Translations under genes and position numbers: made by a program
Source: a virus
Length of the DNA: 64,000 nucleotides
Virus record (IMG/VR): IMGVR_UViG_3300028115_000004
Span: 32,001 to 96,000 of that record
Reading direction: 5' to 3' (one strand)
In this document: positions 17,552 through 28,102 of the stretch, piece by piece
Position numbering within the stretch: the first letter of the stretch is position 1
Layout: the number at the start of each line of letters is the position of its first letter
Notes under the pieces: model-generated
Databases searched by the model: none
Told to the model about the DNA's origin: nothing
What the model saw: the letters and a program-made list of their open reading frames with translations, nothing else

Positions 17552-17980
17552 ATGACTAATAATCTTAAAGCTAATACGCTCTTCCCTCGTGCCTCGTTTG
17601 TGGGGTTTGACCACCTGTTTCAAGAACTTGATTGGGTTGCCAAACACGCCACTGATACATATCCTCCACATAACATTGTGAAGGTTAGTGAAAACGATTA
17701 TCTAATCGAAATCGCAGTCGCAGGGTTTACTATGGACGATCTGGAGATTGAACAGGATGAACGCACTCTTACCGTTAAAGGTGAGAAGGCCAAAGCTGAA
17801 GGTGTTGAAGAACCTTCCTACATCCATAAGGGAATCTCGCAGAAGAAGTTCAAGAGGGTGTTTAGACTGTCCGAATACGTCTTTGTTGACGGTGCTTCTC
17901 TAAAGGATGGAATTCTGTCCGTTCAGTTGAAGTTTGAACTCCCCGACGAGAAGAGACCTCGTAAAATTTCTATCACGTAA
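17552..17980 (+). CDS. hsp20: small heat shock protein Hsp20 (IbpA-like)
   Basis: VGFDHLF, YPPHNI, IEIAVAGF, YIHKGIS, L.DGIL. Confidence 0.95.
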   Translation: MTNNLKANTLFPRASFVGFDHLFQELDWVAKHATDTYPPHNIVKVSENDYLIEIAVAGFTMDDLEIEQDERTLTVKGEKAKAEGVEEPSYIHKGISQKKFKRVFRLSEYVFVDGASLKDGILSVQLKFELPDEKRPRKISIT

Positions 17981-17998
17981 TTTATCGAGGAAACTTAA

Positions 17999-18106
17999 AT
18001 GAAAAATCTAATGAAAAATCTTGATCGGTACTTTGAAGATGCTGGTATGCTGGTATTGCTTGTTGCAACAGTAGGCATCATGTTCCAAAGTCTAAGTCAA
18101 ATCTAA
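17999..18106 (+). CDS. 35-aa single-TM peptide
   Basis: Manually read ORF MKNLMKNLDRYFEDAGMLVLLVATVGIMFQSLSQI with GAGG SD. Confidence 0.5.
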   Translation: MKNLMKNLDRYFEDAGMLVLLVATVGIMFQSLSQI

Positions 18107-18114
18107 AATAAACA

Positions 18115-18133
18115 GGGGGGTGAAAGTCCCCCC
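18115..18133 (+). terminator. GC-rich hairpin with GAAA loop after the hsp20 operon
   Basis: GGGGGG-TGAAAGT-CCCCCC; no clear U-tract. Confidence 0.45.
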
Positions 18134-18150
18134 ACCTATGGAGAGGAAAG

Positions 18151-18339
18151 TTGTTCAAGGAACTCAGGAAGTGTTTGCAATGCGGAGATGAGTTTGTATG
18201 TGTTTTAATATGGGCTAAATATTGCAGTGGAGAATGTGAGATAGAGGCGCATGAAGGTATACCAAATCATAATGAAGGACGACGAAAGGTCGGAGAAGTA
18301 TGCGGAGATCAGTCGGGAATCGTTTCGAAACCTGATTGA
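18151..18339 (+). CDS. small Cys-rich zinc-finger-like protein
   Basis: CLQCG..F.......YCSGEC; GGAGAGG SD; overlaps the next gene. Confidence 0.45.
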   Translation: MFKELRKCLQCGDEFVCVLIWAKYCSGECEIEAHEGIPNHNEGRRKVGEVCGDQSGIVSKPD

Positions 18340-19045
18340 TGATGGAACCCTTGAGTTCCACACCTTCGATGCTATCACACCAGATCATCCTGACTTTGAA
18401 GACATCATTGCAATGTATGAGTGGAGACCCTCTCTTGCACTCATGGATAGAACCAAGGATGTAGATGATCACTCCCCAACCGAGAAGGCAGGAATGTGTT
18501 CTCACTGGGAACTTATGCGTAGACAAGGTGAGTCGGAAGAACGGTTCCTGATCATGGAACACGATACATACTTGTTGTCAGAACATGAGGATGAGTTCCG
18601 TAACCTATTGGGTTACATTGAAACGAAAGATATTTGTTATGCAAACATCGGTTTGTTTATGGGTTGTTATTCCTTCTCAACTCACTGTGCAAAGTGGCAG
18701 TATCAACTAATTAAGGATCAGGGGTTCTGGATCAACGGTGGGCCTTACGGTGTCCTAGAACGACTTTTTAAGAACTACATTGAACACTACTTATCAAAAC
18801 GAGATTATCTTGGAAAGGAAAATATTGTCATTCATCCTTGGCACGGTTGTGATACTCTGTATTTTGGCAGGGACATCTTCTCGGCCTATAACACGCACGA
18901 TCCCGATAGAGAGAACTCAGTACGTACTCCAACAACCCAAGTAGTTTCCAAATCACTGAAGGTCACCCAAGACCATCACAGATATCCAGACCAACACCTT
19001 GAGGAACCTTGGACTCGACACCACTATATGAAAATTGTCCCTTGA
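18251..19045 (+). CDS. glycosyltransferase family 25-like protein
   Basis: VYQI.M....RS, FDAITP, E.AGMCSHWELM, LIMEHD. Confidence 0.65.
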   Translation: MKVYQIIMKDDERSEKYAEISRESFRNLIDDGTLEFHTFDAITPDHPDFEDIIAMYEWRPSLALMDRTKDVDDHSPTEKAGMCSHWELMRRQGESEERFLIMEHDTYLLSEHEDEFRNLLGYIETKDICYANIGLFMGCYSFSTHCAKWQYQLIKDQGFWINGGPYGVLERLFKNYIEHYLSKRDYLGKENIVIHPWHGCDTLYFGRDIFSAYNTHDPDRENSVRTPTTQVVSKSLKVTQDHHRYPDQHLEEPWTRHHYMKIVP

Positions 19046-19070
19046 CACCCACCAGTGGTTCATGTATAAT
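19042..19070 (+). promoter_or_regulatory. sigma70 promoter for gp43
   Basis: TTGACA-N17-TATAAT. Confidence 0.75.
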
Positions 19071-19096
19071 ACACGAACACTGACAGAGGCACCTAC

Positions 19097-21580
19097 ATGA
19101 TTCAACCAATGTTTTACACGTCCGTAGTCCGGTTCGGCAGTAACCTGTTGTTCCGTGGGTACGCAGAGAACGGCAAACGTATTCAAACCAAGATTCCGTT
19201 CAAGCCTACGTTGTACGTGCAGTCCAACAAGAACCAGTCGGGTTGGCGTGGCCTCGATGGTACAATGGTCGAACCCATGAAGTTCGACTCCATGAAAGAA
19301 GCAACCGAATTCCAGAAACGATACGAGGACATCCCTAACTTCAAAATCTATGGGATGAATAACTTCGTGTCTCAGTTTATTGCAGAGGTCTTTCCTGCCC
19401 CGATCAAGTTCAACCGTGATTGGGTGGATGTCTGCACCATCGACATTGAGGTGGCGTCCGACGATGGATTCCCCGAACCACAGTCCGCAGACTATCCTGT
19501 CATTTCGATCACTATCAAACAACCCAACTCTCCCTATCGGGTGTGGGGTCTGTATGACTACAATGCAGGCGAGGATGTGATCTACGAGAAGTGTGAGTCA
19601 GAATCCCAACTCCTCATGAAGTTTGTGGATCACTGGTTCCGTAACCAACCAGACATCGTGACGGGTTGGAACACACGGTTCTTCGATATCCCCTATCTGG
19701 TCAACCGCATCACCAAGACGATTGGTGAGGACATGGTGAAGAAACTTTCACCGTGGGGTCTCGTGCGTGAGGGTAACCCCACCATCAATGGCAAGAAACA
19801 ACAAGAGTATAAGCTCGAGGGTATCGAACAACTTGACTACCTAGAAATCTTCAAGAAGTTTACCTACAACACGTTGGGACAACAAGAGTCCTACCGTCTT
19901 GACCATATCGCACACGTGGTACTTGGTGAGGGTAAACTGTCCTATGAGGAACACGGTTCCCTACACGCACTGTACAAGACTGACTTTCAGAAGTTCATCG
20001 ACTATAATATCAAGGACGTTGAACTCGTGGAGAAACTGGATGAGAAACTTGATCTCATCTCTCTGGTTCTCACTATGGCTTATCGTGGTGGGGTGAACTA
20101 CAATGACACCCTTGGAACCACAAACATCTGGGACACAATCATCTATCGTATTCTAAACGGTCGTAAGATTGCAGTTCCGCCCAAAGTTGAGAAACCCAAG
20201 ACCCCCTACCCTGGCGGTTACGTGAAAGACCCACAGGTCGGCAGTCACGATTGGGTTACCTCGTTTGACCTTAACTCGCTGTACCCCAATATCATTGTCC
20301 AGTACAACATGTCACCTGAGACTGTCATGGACGGATTCTATAATGACGTATCGGTGGATGCATTCCTTGCCGGTGACATCGATGTGTCCGGTAATCCCTT
20401 CTCTATCGCACCGACAGGCATTAAGTTTACTCACGAACGTGAAGGTGTGATTCCTAGTATTATTAAACAGTACTATGATGAACGTCGAGTCATCAAGAAA
20501 GAGATGTTGAAGTTGCAACAAAAAAACCAAGACAATCCTAGTCGAGAGTTGGAATACAAGATCACCTCCCTGAACAACCAACAGATGGCCATCAAGATTC
20601 TAATGAACTCTCTCTACGGTGCACTTGGTAACCGATGGTTCCGTTACTTTGATCAACGGGTTGCGGAGTCCATCACACTTGCGGGTCAGTTGTCAATCAA
20701 GTGGGCAGAACGTGCCGTCAATGAGGAGATGAACAAGTTGCTCCAGACTGACGAAGATTACGTTGTTGCGATTGACACTGACTCCTTATACATTCGGATG
20801 AGTTCTCTGGTCGAGAAGTTCAATCCGAAAGACCCCGTGAAGTTTCTGGACAAGATTTGTTCCGAACACTTCGAAAAGGTTCTGGAGAAATCCTATGCGG
20901 AGATGGCGAGAGTCACCAGTGCAATGGTCAACCGTATGGAGATGGGACGTGAGGTAATCGCAGACCGTGGTATCTGGATGGCCAAGAAACGTTACATCCT
21001 CAATGTCCACAACAACGAGGGTGTGCAGTACGTGACCCCTAAACTCAAGTTGATGGGTATTGAAGCGGTCAAATCTTCAACTCCGCAGGTCGTTCGTGAT
21101 AAGTTCAAGGAAGTCTTTCGTGTCATCGTAGAAGGTTCCGAATCAGACACTCAGGCCTTTATTAGGGACTTTAAGTCCCAATTCAGGAACCGTCCACCCG
21201 AAGACATTTCGTTCCCTCGTGGGGTTTCGGAGATCACCAAGTGGCAGGATCGACAGACCGTCTACAAGAAGGGTTGTCCTATCCACGTGCGTGGTGCGAT
21301 CCTGTACAACAATGCGATCAAGGAACACTCCCTAACCAAACGGTACGAGCTGGTCAAAAATGGTGAGAAGATAAAGTTCGTCTATTTGAGAATGCCTAAC
21401 CGTCTAAATGAGAATGTGATTGCGTATCCTCTGAACCTCCCACCGGAGTTGGGGTTGCACGATTACGTGAACTATGATATGATGTTCGACAAGACATTCC
21501 TAGACCCACTCATACCTATTCTGGATGCAGTCGGATGGACTGCAGAACCACAGGCTACCCTTGATGATTTTTTCTCTTGA
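19097..21580 (+). CDS. gp43: family B DNA polymerase gp43
   Basis: Exo motifs DIEV, GWN..FFDIPY, YNIKD; pol motifs [20 protein letters not shown]; C-terminal LDDFF. Confidence 0.98.
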   Translation: MIQPMFYTSVVRFGSNLLFRGYAENGKRIQTKIPFKPTLYVQSNKNQSGWRGLDGTMVEPMKFDSMKEATEFQKRYEDIPNFKIYGMNNFVSQFIAEVFPAPIKFNRDWVDVCTIDIEVASDDGFPEPQSADYPVISITIKQPNSPYRVWGLYDYNAGEDVIYEKCESESQLLMKFVDHWFRNQPDIVTGWNTRFFDIPYLVNRITKTIGEDMVKKLSPWGLVREGNPTINGKKQQEYKLEGIEQLDYLEIFKKFTYNTLGQQESYRLDHIAHVVLGEGKLSYEEHGSLHALYKTDFQKFIDYNIKDVELVEKLDEKLDLISLVLTMAYRGGVNYNDTLGTTNIWDTIIYRILNGRKIAVPPKVEKPKTPYPGGYVKDPQVGSHDWVTSFDLNSLYPNIIVQYNMSPETVMDGFYNDVSVDAFLAGDIDVSGNPFSIAPTGIKFTHEREGVIPSIIKQYYDERRVIKKEMLKLQQKNQDNPSRELEYKITSLNNQQMAIKILMNSLYGALGNRWFRYFDQRVAESITLAGQLSIKWAERAVNEEMNKLLQTDEDYVVAIDTDSLYIRMSSLVEKFNPKDPVKFLDKICSEHFEKVLEKSYAEMARVTSAMVNRMEMGREVIADRGIWMAKKRYILNVHNNEGVQYVTPKLKLMGIEAVKSSTPQVVRDKFKEVFRVIVEGSESDTQAFIRDFKSQFRNRPPEDISFPRGVSEITKWQDRQTVYKKGCPIHVRGAILYNNAIKEHSLTKRYELVKNGEKIKFVYLRMPNRLNENVIAYPLNLPPELGLHDYVNYDMMFDKTFLDPLIPILDAVGWTAEPQATLDDFFS

Positions 21581-21606
21581 CAAATACACTTGATGTATGA
21601 TATGAT
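21577..21606 (+). promoter_or_regulatory. sigma70 promoter for the primase candidate (probably leaderless mRNA)
   Basis: TTGACA-N18-TATGAT; ATG at 21614. Confidence 0.6.
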
Positions 21607-21613
21607 ACACCCC

Positions 21614-22549
21614 ATGTATGAATTAACTATGTTCAAAAACCAGTTTGACAACAAGACTCACCGGCGTCTGTCGTTTGAGTCGTGGGATTCCTTTGTCAAA
21701 TGGTTATATAAGATATCTGAAATTAAAGGAGAGAAAGGTGGAAATAATTCTAGTCCTCTTATTACTCCTGCTGTGTTTGAGGACGGTACTACTCGTTCAA
21801 ACAAAACAACTAACTATTGGGCAGGCTGGTGTTGCGTGGATGTTGATGATCATGACTTTCCTGCTGATACCCTGAAGGAGGTTTTGATTGATCGTTTTGG
21901 TGAGTATGACTTTGTTTGTTACAGTACTGCTTCTAATAGTAGCACTCTACCTAAATTTCGCCTCGTATTCCGAACTGACGAACAGGTGGATAGAGACCGA
22001 ATTAAACAATTCTGGTTTGCACTCAACACATCCCTTGGTGAACTTGGTGACCCACAGACAAAAGACCTTGCAAGAATGTATTACGTTCCAGCGCAGTATC
22101 CTTGTGATTCTAATTTTATTTTTGACCATCGAGGCGGGAGTTCTATTAATGTATCCGAGTTGATGGCGAAACACCCATACATTCAAAAGACAGGTAATTC
22201 CTTCCTAGATAGATTACCACCAGAATTGCAGAAGGCGGTAATTGAACACCGTAAGAGTCAACTAGATAATACCAACTATACGTGGACATCCTACCATGAC
22301 TGTCCTTTCTGGCCCAAGAGTCTTGCAGTAGAGTATATGCATATCTCTAATACAGGTTGGTATCACAAGATGTATCAGATCATGGTAGCGGTTGCGGGAC
22401 GTGCGTATGAGAGTGGTTATCCGATCACTGCAAATCAGATTGCGGAGATGTGTAAACAGTTTGATAGCGAGACGGGTAATTGGTATGAGAACAGACCATT
22501 GACAGTAGAGGCAGACAGAGCTTTGGAGTACATTTATAAAAATGGATAA
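21614..22549 (+). CDS. archaeo-eukaryotic primase (AEP / prim-pol)-like protein
   Basis: hhhDhD motif WCCVDVDD, YSTAS...PKFRLVF, D..TKD..RMYYVP, C-terminal helical domain; directly follows gp43. Confidence 0.7.
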   Translation: MYELTMFKNQFDNKTHRRLSFESWDSFVKWLYKISEIKGEKGGNNSSPLITPAVFEDGTTRSNKTTNYWAGWCCVDVDDHDFPADTLKEVLIDRFGEYDFVCYSTASNSSTLPKFRLVFRTDEQVDRDRIKQFWFALNTSLGELGDPQTKDLARMYYVPAQYPCDSNFIFDHRGGSSINVSELMAKHPYIQKTGNSFLDRLPPELQKAVIEHRKSQLDNTNYTWTSYHDCPFWPKSLAVEYMHISNTGWYHKMYQIMVAVAGRAYESGYPITANQIAEMCKQFDSETGNWYENRPLTVEADRALEYIYKNG

Positions 22550-23546
22550 GTTAAAAATATTAATCACAGGTGGGGCTGGTTTTATCGGTTCTCAATTGTA
22601 TGCGAGACTCGCAGATAAACATGATGTTGTATCGATGGATAACTACAACGATCATCTCTATCATCCCAAACTAAAGACTCAAAGAACCAAACAGTTCGAA
22701 CTTACGTTCTGGGATAGAGATATTCGAAGTGACATCTTGACGAATTCATCTCTAATTAATCACGGAGGCGCTGGGCCTTTTGATTATATTATTCACCTCG
22801 CAGCACACGCAGGTGTGAGAGATTCCTTTGGTAATGAAGCTGAGTATCATTCTAACAATATTGACGGTACTCAAAAGTTGATTGATATTATCAACGATAT
22901 GCCTGAAGGTATGAAGAGACCTCGTGTGATCTATGCATCTACTAGTTCTGTTTATGGTGGTACTCCCATTACAGAAAACGGTTGGGTTGAAGATAACGTT
23001 AAGGCGCACCAACTGAACGCTTATGCATACACTAAGTACGTCAACGAATGTCAGTTCAAGTCCTCTGGTATTGATAATGTTGGACTGAGATTCTTTACTG
23101 TTTATGGCCCTTGGGGTCGTCCTGATATGGCACTCTTTCAGTTTACGAAAAAAATACTTGACGGAGAGACCATTGACGTGTATAATTATGGGGACATGAA
23201 ACGAGACTTTACCTACATCGACGATATTCTTGACGGTATTGAGATTGTCCTTGAGAAGTTTGATAGTCGTGAAATTGAGTCAAATGAAATATTTAATATC
23301 GGTAGGGGTGAACAGGTTCAACTGATGGACTTCATCAAGGCGATTGAACGGGAGACCGGAAAGGGTGCCAAGATGAATCTCTGTGAGAAACACCCCGCAG
23401 ATACTAAAGAGACTTGGAGTAACACAGAGAAACTTCAGGCACTTGGATATAGTCCCAAGGTGTCTATTGATGAAGGTGTTAAGAAATTTTTTGAATGGTA
23501 CAAAGAGTGGATACCTAAACTAGGAGATGTAACAAATGGCAGATGA
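22542..23546 (+). CDS. NAD-dependent nucleotide-sugar epimerase (UDP-glucuronate 4-epimerase-like)
   Basis: TGGAGFIG, HLAAHAGVRDS, YxxxK (YAYTK), LRFFTVYGPWGRPDMA, RDFTYIDDI. Confidence 0.9.
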   Translation: MDKLKILITGGAGFIGSQLYARLADKHDVVSMDNYNDHLYHPKLKTQRTKQFELTFWDRDIRSDILTNSSLINHGGAGPFDYIIHLAAHAGVRDSFGNEAEYHSNNIDGTQKLIDIINDMPEGMKRPRVIYASTSSVYGGTPITENGWVEDNVKAHQLNAYAYTKYVNECQFKSSGIDNVGLRFFTVYGPWGRPDMALFQFTKKILDGETIDVYNYGDMKRDFTYIDDILDGIEIVLEKFDSREIESNEIFNIGRGEQVQLMDFIKAIERETGKGAKMNLCEKHPADTKETWSNTEKLQALGYSPKVSIDEGVKKFFEWYKEWIPKLGDVTNGR

Positions 23547-24564
23547 TTTTGACAAATATAATCCAGCAATGAATGAGGCAGCTGGGCCTACTCAAGCGGA
23601 CAAACAGAAACCGATCAGTTACAACAACCCCTTTCGACTAGGGATTGTTGGACACGGCTTTGTTGGTCGTGCGGTCGAGTATGCATTCACACATCCCCTA
23701 GTGGATTTGCATATCGCTGATCCGAAGTATGATACTTCTGTTGACGATATGTTGGAGTTTGATCCTATGTGTGTGTTCGTGTGTGCGCCTACGCCCATGA
23801 ATGCAGAAACGGGTTTCGTGGATGCGTCTATTGTTGAGGATGCAGTACTCAAGTTGATTGAACATACCGAAGCATTGGTTGTTGTTAAATCGACAATTAC
23901 ACCTGACATTATTGACCGTCTGTACAACTCTATGTTCGAAGATGGGGTTGACCGTTTCGTGTATAACCCTGAGTTCCTCACGGAGAAGTCTGCAGAAGAA
24001 CAGTTCGTGAATGCTGACTTCCATGTTCTTGGTGGTACTGAACGTGGTACTGCAGAACTGACTCAGATTTATGATATCTTCAGTCTGTGCAAATCTGACA
24101 CGTACTATCGCATGTCAGCTGCAGAGGCATCGTTTGTTAAGTATGGTATTAACGCATTCCTTGCAACCAAGGTCACGTTCTTTAATCAGTTCTTTGATCT
24201 TGTCAACATGTTCGGATGTAGTTATAATATCGTTACTCGTGCAATGGGTTCTGACCCTCGTGTGGGTATCGGTCACACTCGTGTGCCGGGCTATGATCGC
24301 AAACGTGGATTCGGTGGTGCATGTCTTCCCAAGGATACGACTGCACTGTTGAAGTTCTCAGAGATCAAGGACGAAGAAGGTAACGTGGTCAGTTTTGATC
24401 TGTTGAAGAATGTGTTGGATATCAACAATCGTTATCGACAGAACTACGAACTTGACGAACGAGAGAAAGCAAACAATATTACATTTGGAGATGAAAATGA
24501 GCGTGATGGACAAACTGAAGAAGAACAGCAAGATCAAGACAACGGAGGTGTTGTCGGAGAGTAA
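23536..24564 (+). CDS. UDP-glucose/GDP-mannose dehydrogenase family protein lacking the C-terminal domain
   Basis: GIVGHGFVG, VVKST, NPEFL.E, K...N.FLA.KV.F.N, GFGGACLPKD. Confidence 0.85.
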   Translation: MADDFDKYNPAMNEAAGPTQADKQKPISYNNPFRLGIVGHGFVGRAVEYAFTHPLVDLHIADPKYDTSVDDMLEFDPMCVFVCAPTPMNAETGFVDASIVEDAVLKLIEHTEALVVVKSTITPDIIDRLYNSMFEDGVDRFVYNPEFLTEKSAEEQFVNADFHVLGGTERGTAELTQIYDIFSLCKSDTYYRMSAAEASFVKYGINAFLATKVTFFNQFFDLVNMFGCSYNIVTRAMGSDPRVGIGHTRVPGYDRKRGFGGACLPKDTTALLKFSEIKDEEGNVVSFDLLKNVLDINNRYRQNYELDEREKANNITFGDENERDGQTEEEQQDQDNGGVVGE

Positions 24565-25549
24565 GTTCTTCACTGAAAAGGACATGGTTCCTACCGATGT
24601 GCCAATGGTTAACGTGGCACTATCGGGTTCAATCAACGGTGGTGTGACGCCAGGACTTACGGTTCTGGCAGGCCCATCGAAACACTTCAAGACTTCATTC
24701 GCCCTGTTGATGGCGGGTGCGTATCTGAAGGAGAAAGAAGATGCGGTATTACTATTCTATGATAGTGAGTTTGGTTCCCCCCAATCTTATTTCCAACAGT
24801 TTGGAATTGACACTAGTCGTGTCCTTCACACTCCTATCACAAATGTAGAAGAACTCAAGTTCGATCTAATCAATCAACTTGAAGAAATAGATCGTGATGA
24901 TAATGTCATTGTCGTTATCGATTCGATTGGTAACCTTGCGTCCAAGAAAGAACTTGAAGATGCATTGAATGAGAAAGGTGTTGCTGACATGTCTCGTGCG
25001 AAAGCACTGAAAGGTCTGTTCCGTATGGCAACCCCATACCTTGCGATGAAGAACATTCCTATGTTGGCTGTCAACCATACCTACAAAGAGATCGGTTTGT
25101 TCCCGAAAGATATTGTGGGTGGTGGTACGGGTATCTACTACTCTGCCGATAACATCTGGATTCTGGGTCGTCAACAAGACAAACAGGGTACTGAGATCAA
25201 GGGTTATCACTTTGTAATCAATGTGGAGAAGTCCCGTTATGTTAAAGAAAAGTCTAAAATCCCTATCTCAGTTTCTTGGGAAGGCGGTGTTCAACGTTGG
25301 AGCGGCCTTTTGGATGTTGCTCTTGTTGGTGGGTATGTTGCTAAGCCTAGTAACGGTTGGTACTGTCGTGTTGACACTAACACTGGGGAACTGGTTGACC
25401 CTAAAGTTCGATTGGCTCAGACACTAGAAGAAGAGTTCTGGGCTCCGATCTTTGAGTTTAGTGACTTCGCAGATTTTCTGGAGAAACAATACAAGATCGG
25501 TCTACCTCAACAGGTTGGGATGGATGAGATTGTCGATGCCGAAGATTAA
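24497..25549 (+). CDS. uvsX: RecA-like recombinase UvsX
   Basis: AGPSKHFKT, FYDSEFG, DSIGNLASKKE, ADMSRAK. Confidence 0.96.
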   Translation: MSVMDKLKKNSKIKTTEVLSESKFFTEKDMVPTDVPMVNVALSGSINGGVTPGLTVLAGPSKHFKTSFALLMAGAYLKEKEDAVLLFYDSEFGSPQSYFQQFGIDTSRVLHTPITNVEELKFDLINQLEEIDRDDNVIVVIDSIGNLASKKELEDALNEKGVADMSRAKALKGLFRMATPYLAMKNIPMLAVNHTYKEIGLFPKDIVGGGTGIYYSADNIWILGRQQDKQGTEIKGYHFVINVEKSRYVKEKSKIPISVSWEGGVQRWSGLLDVALVGGYVAKPSNGWYCRVDTNTGELVDPKVRLAQTLEEEFWAPIFEFSDFADFLEKQYKIGLPQQVGMDEIVDAED

Positions 25550-25853
25550 TGTCGATAAGGTCTCGGAGGGAATTGACTACAAGTTGATTCCCGTCGAGGA
25601 CTCACCAAATGATCAAGCGTGGGATGTTCGCATCCTACGTGGTGATCTTACAGAAACAGTTATTCGTTATGGAAATGTCGCTTTTGATGGCAGTAGGGAT
25701 TGCCTTACCTTCAACTTTGTGATAGTATACACCCCTGACCCTGAAGTGACAACTGAAGACGTAAACCTTCAAGAACATGCCGCTGATATCCTAGAAGACA
25801 TTCTGGAGAAGGCACATGCGGAGGGGTGGCTCGTCGCACAAGAGAGGAAATAG
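25536..25853 (+). CDS. conserved hypothetical protein in the T4 gp40 position
   Basis: ORF between uvsX and gp41; W.VRIL.G...ETVIRYG.V. Confidence 0.6.
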   Translation: MPKINVDKVSEGIDYKLIPVEDSPNDQAWDVRILRGDLTETVIRYGNVAFDGSRDCLTFNFVIVYTPDPEVTTEDVNLQEHAADILEDILEKAHAEGWLVAQERK

Positions 25854-27241
25854 TGGATATTAATCTAGAACAAACGATTCTAAAGAACCTAGTAACAAAC
25901 GATCCATTTGCACGTAAAGTTGCAGCATTTATCCTACCGGACTACTTCGAAGGAGTGTACAAGTCACTCTTTCGGGAGTTCACCAAATTTATTGCCAAGT
26001 ACAACAAACTTCCTACCTTGGAAGCTTTCAAGATTGAGATTGATGAGGGAGATCGTCTATCGGATGAACAGTATCGTCATGCGGTGGAAATCTTACCTAA
26101 CTTGTTTGTAAAGGAAGAATCTAATCTTGACTGGTTGGTTGATCGTACTGAGAAGTGGTGTCAAGACCGAGCCGTTTTCAATGCGGTCATGGAGTCTATC
26201 CAGATCATTGAAGGTAAACACAAGTCTCTTGCGAAGGGTTCTATTCCAGAAGTCTTGAGTAAGGCACTGTCGGTGACCTTTGACACTAATATCGGTCACG
26301 ATTATCTGGAGAATGTAGATGCCCGATTCAACTTCTACCACGAAAAAGAAGAACGTATTCCGTTCGATCTGGAATACTTCAATGATATCACTAAGGGTGG
26401 ATTACCTAACAAAACCCTCAACATCGCTCTTGCTGGTACGGGTGTGGGTAAATCTCTTTTCATGTGCCATTGTGCTGGAGCTTCCCTGTCACAGGGGAAA
26501 AATGTCCTTTACGTCACTATGGAAATGGCTGAAGAGCGTATCGCAGAACGGATCGATGCAAATCTTCTCAACGTCCCGATAGATCAACTTGAGAACCTAT
26601 CGAAGGATATGTTCCGTGATCGTGTGGGTGAAATCTCACGTAAGACTCAGGGCAAGTTGATCATCAAAGAATACCCGACAGGACAGGCGAATGCCTCGCA
26701 CTTCCGTGCCCTGTTGAACGAACTGAAACTGAAGAAGAACTTTGTTCCTGACCTAATCTTTATTGATTACCTGAACATCTGTGCCTCTTCTCGTATGAAA
26801 GGAATGGGCGGTGCTATTAACTCGTATACGTATATCAAGTCTATTGCTGAGGAGTTACGTGGGTTGGCGGTGGAATTCGACGTGCCGATTATGTCTGCAA
26901 CACAGACGACACGTTCTGGTTACTCTAATGACGATGTGGGGCTTGAAGACACGTCCGAATCTTTTGGACTACCCGCAACCGCTGACTTTATGTTCGCACT
27001 CATCTCCAATAATGAACTTAATGCTCAGGGAAAAATACTTGTCAAACAGTTAAAAAACAGGTATAATGATCCCACACATAACCAAAGATTTGTGGTTGGT
27101 GTGGATCGTTCCAAGATGCGTCTGTTCGATTGTGATCAGTCATCTATGAATGATGATGAAGATAATGGGCCTGCATTCGATAATTCAGAAGCGGGTCAAC
27201 GTGTAAACATGGAACAGAAATTTAGGAACTTTAAGATATGA
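25853..27241 (+). CDS. gp41: replicative DnaB-like helicase gp41
   Basis: LAGTGVGKS, TMEMAEE, IDYLNIC, IAEELRGLAVE, SESFGLPATAD, KQLKNRY. Confidence 0.97.
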   Translation: MDINLEQTILKNLVTNDPFARKVAAFILPDYFEGVYKSLFREFTKFIAKYNKLPTLEAFKIEIDEGDRLSDEQYRHAVEILPNLFVKEESNLDWLVDRTEKWCQDRAVFNAVMESIQIIEGKHKSLAKGSIPEVLSKALSVTFDTNIGHDYLENVDARFNFYHEKEERIPFDLEYFNDITKGGLPNKTLNIALAGTGVGKSLFMCHCAGASLSQGKNVLYVTMEMAEERIAERIDANLLNVPIDQLENLSKDMFRDRVGEISRKTQGKLIIKEYPTGQANASHFRALLNELKLKKNFVPDLIFIDYLNICASSRMKGMGGAINSYTYIKSIAEELRGLAVEFDVPIMSATQTTRSGYSNDDVGLEDTSESFGLPATADFMFALISNNELNAQGKILVKQLKNRYNDPTHNQRFVVGVDRSKMRLFDCDQSSMNDDEDNGPAFDNSEAGQRVNMEQKFRNFKI

Positions 27242-27441
27242 CAGGGACAGAACATACATTATGGACATTGTGTTTAGTGATACCTATATACTACCTTGGT
27301 AATTATCTTGGTTACCAGAGAGGAAAAGAAGAGGGTGTTGCTGACGCAATAGAATTTTTTATTAAGAAGAAGTGGTTTAAGGATCACATCGAAAAGGAGA
27401 TAGCCGAAAATGAGTTCAGTGAAACTGATAGCTCTGAGTAG
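27238..27441 (+). CDS. small membrane protein
   Basis: N-terminal TM followed by GY.RG..EG. Confidence 0.55.
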   Translation: MTGTEHTLWTLCLVIPIYYLGNYLGYQRGKEEGVADAIEFFIKKKWFKDHIEKEIAENEFSETDSSE

Positions 27442-28102
27442 TCCTAGTGCAGAGACAGGATGTCACACAGCAGAAGACTTAGTTGCGTATGCAGCTCGGG
27501 TAAGTAACCCTGCAAACCAGAACAATACGGAGACTGCGCCACGTCTCCTGAAGTACTTGATTCGGGAACAACATTGGTCACCGCTTGAGATGGTGCATAT
27601 CACTATGGAGATTCAAACGACTCGTGATATTAGTCGTCAGATCATTCGTCACCGATCATTCTCGTTTCAAGAGTTCTCACAACGATATGCGGTAAGTGAC
27701 AGTTTCACGAATCGTCAGGCTCGTCTTCAAGACCCCAAGAACCGTCAGAACTCAATCCCCATTGAAGTTCCGGAAGCCACGGGTGGCGAGGGTTCGGTAC
27801 GTTCCAGTACGGAACGTCTGTACGAAGACTGGAACATGAAACAACGTGAAGTGATTAACAAGGCGAACGATGTCTATAAGTGGGCGCTAAATAATGGTAT
27901 CGCAAAGGAACAGGCACGTGCAGTACTGCCCGAAGGTAATACTCAGACAACTTTGTATATGAGTGGTTCACTGCGGTCTTGGATTCATTACTGTGAACTT
28001 CGTCGAGGTCATGGTACACAACTAGAACATATGCGGGTAGCGGATCAATGTTGGGAAATCATTGGTGGCCACTTCCCGTCCGTAGTGGAGGCTTTATCAT
28101 GA
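27410..28102 (+). CDS. thyX: flavin-dependent thymidylate synthase
   Basis: AARVS, HWSPLE, RHRSFSFQEFSQRY, EQARAVLP, TQ.EH. Confidence 0.96.
   Translation: MSSVKLIALSSPSAETGCHTAEDLVAYAARVSNPANQNNTETAPRLLKYLIREQHWSPLEMVHITMEIQTTRDISRQIIRHRSFSFQEFSQRYAVSDSFTNRQARLQDPKNRQNSIPIEVPEATGGEGSVRSSTERLYEDWNMKQREVINKANDVYKWALNNGIAKEQARAVLPEGNTQTTLYMSGSLRSWIHYCELRRGHGTQLEHMRVADQCWEIIGGHFPSVVEALS

Noticed and set aside
19097-21580. Introns or inteins in gp43 (also checked gp41, uvsW, nrdA, nrdB)
   Set aside because: ORFs are continuous, of expected length and lack splicing motifs; the nrdA insert is a glutaredoxin.
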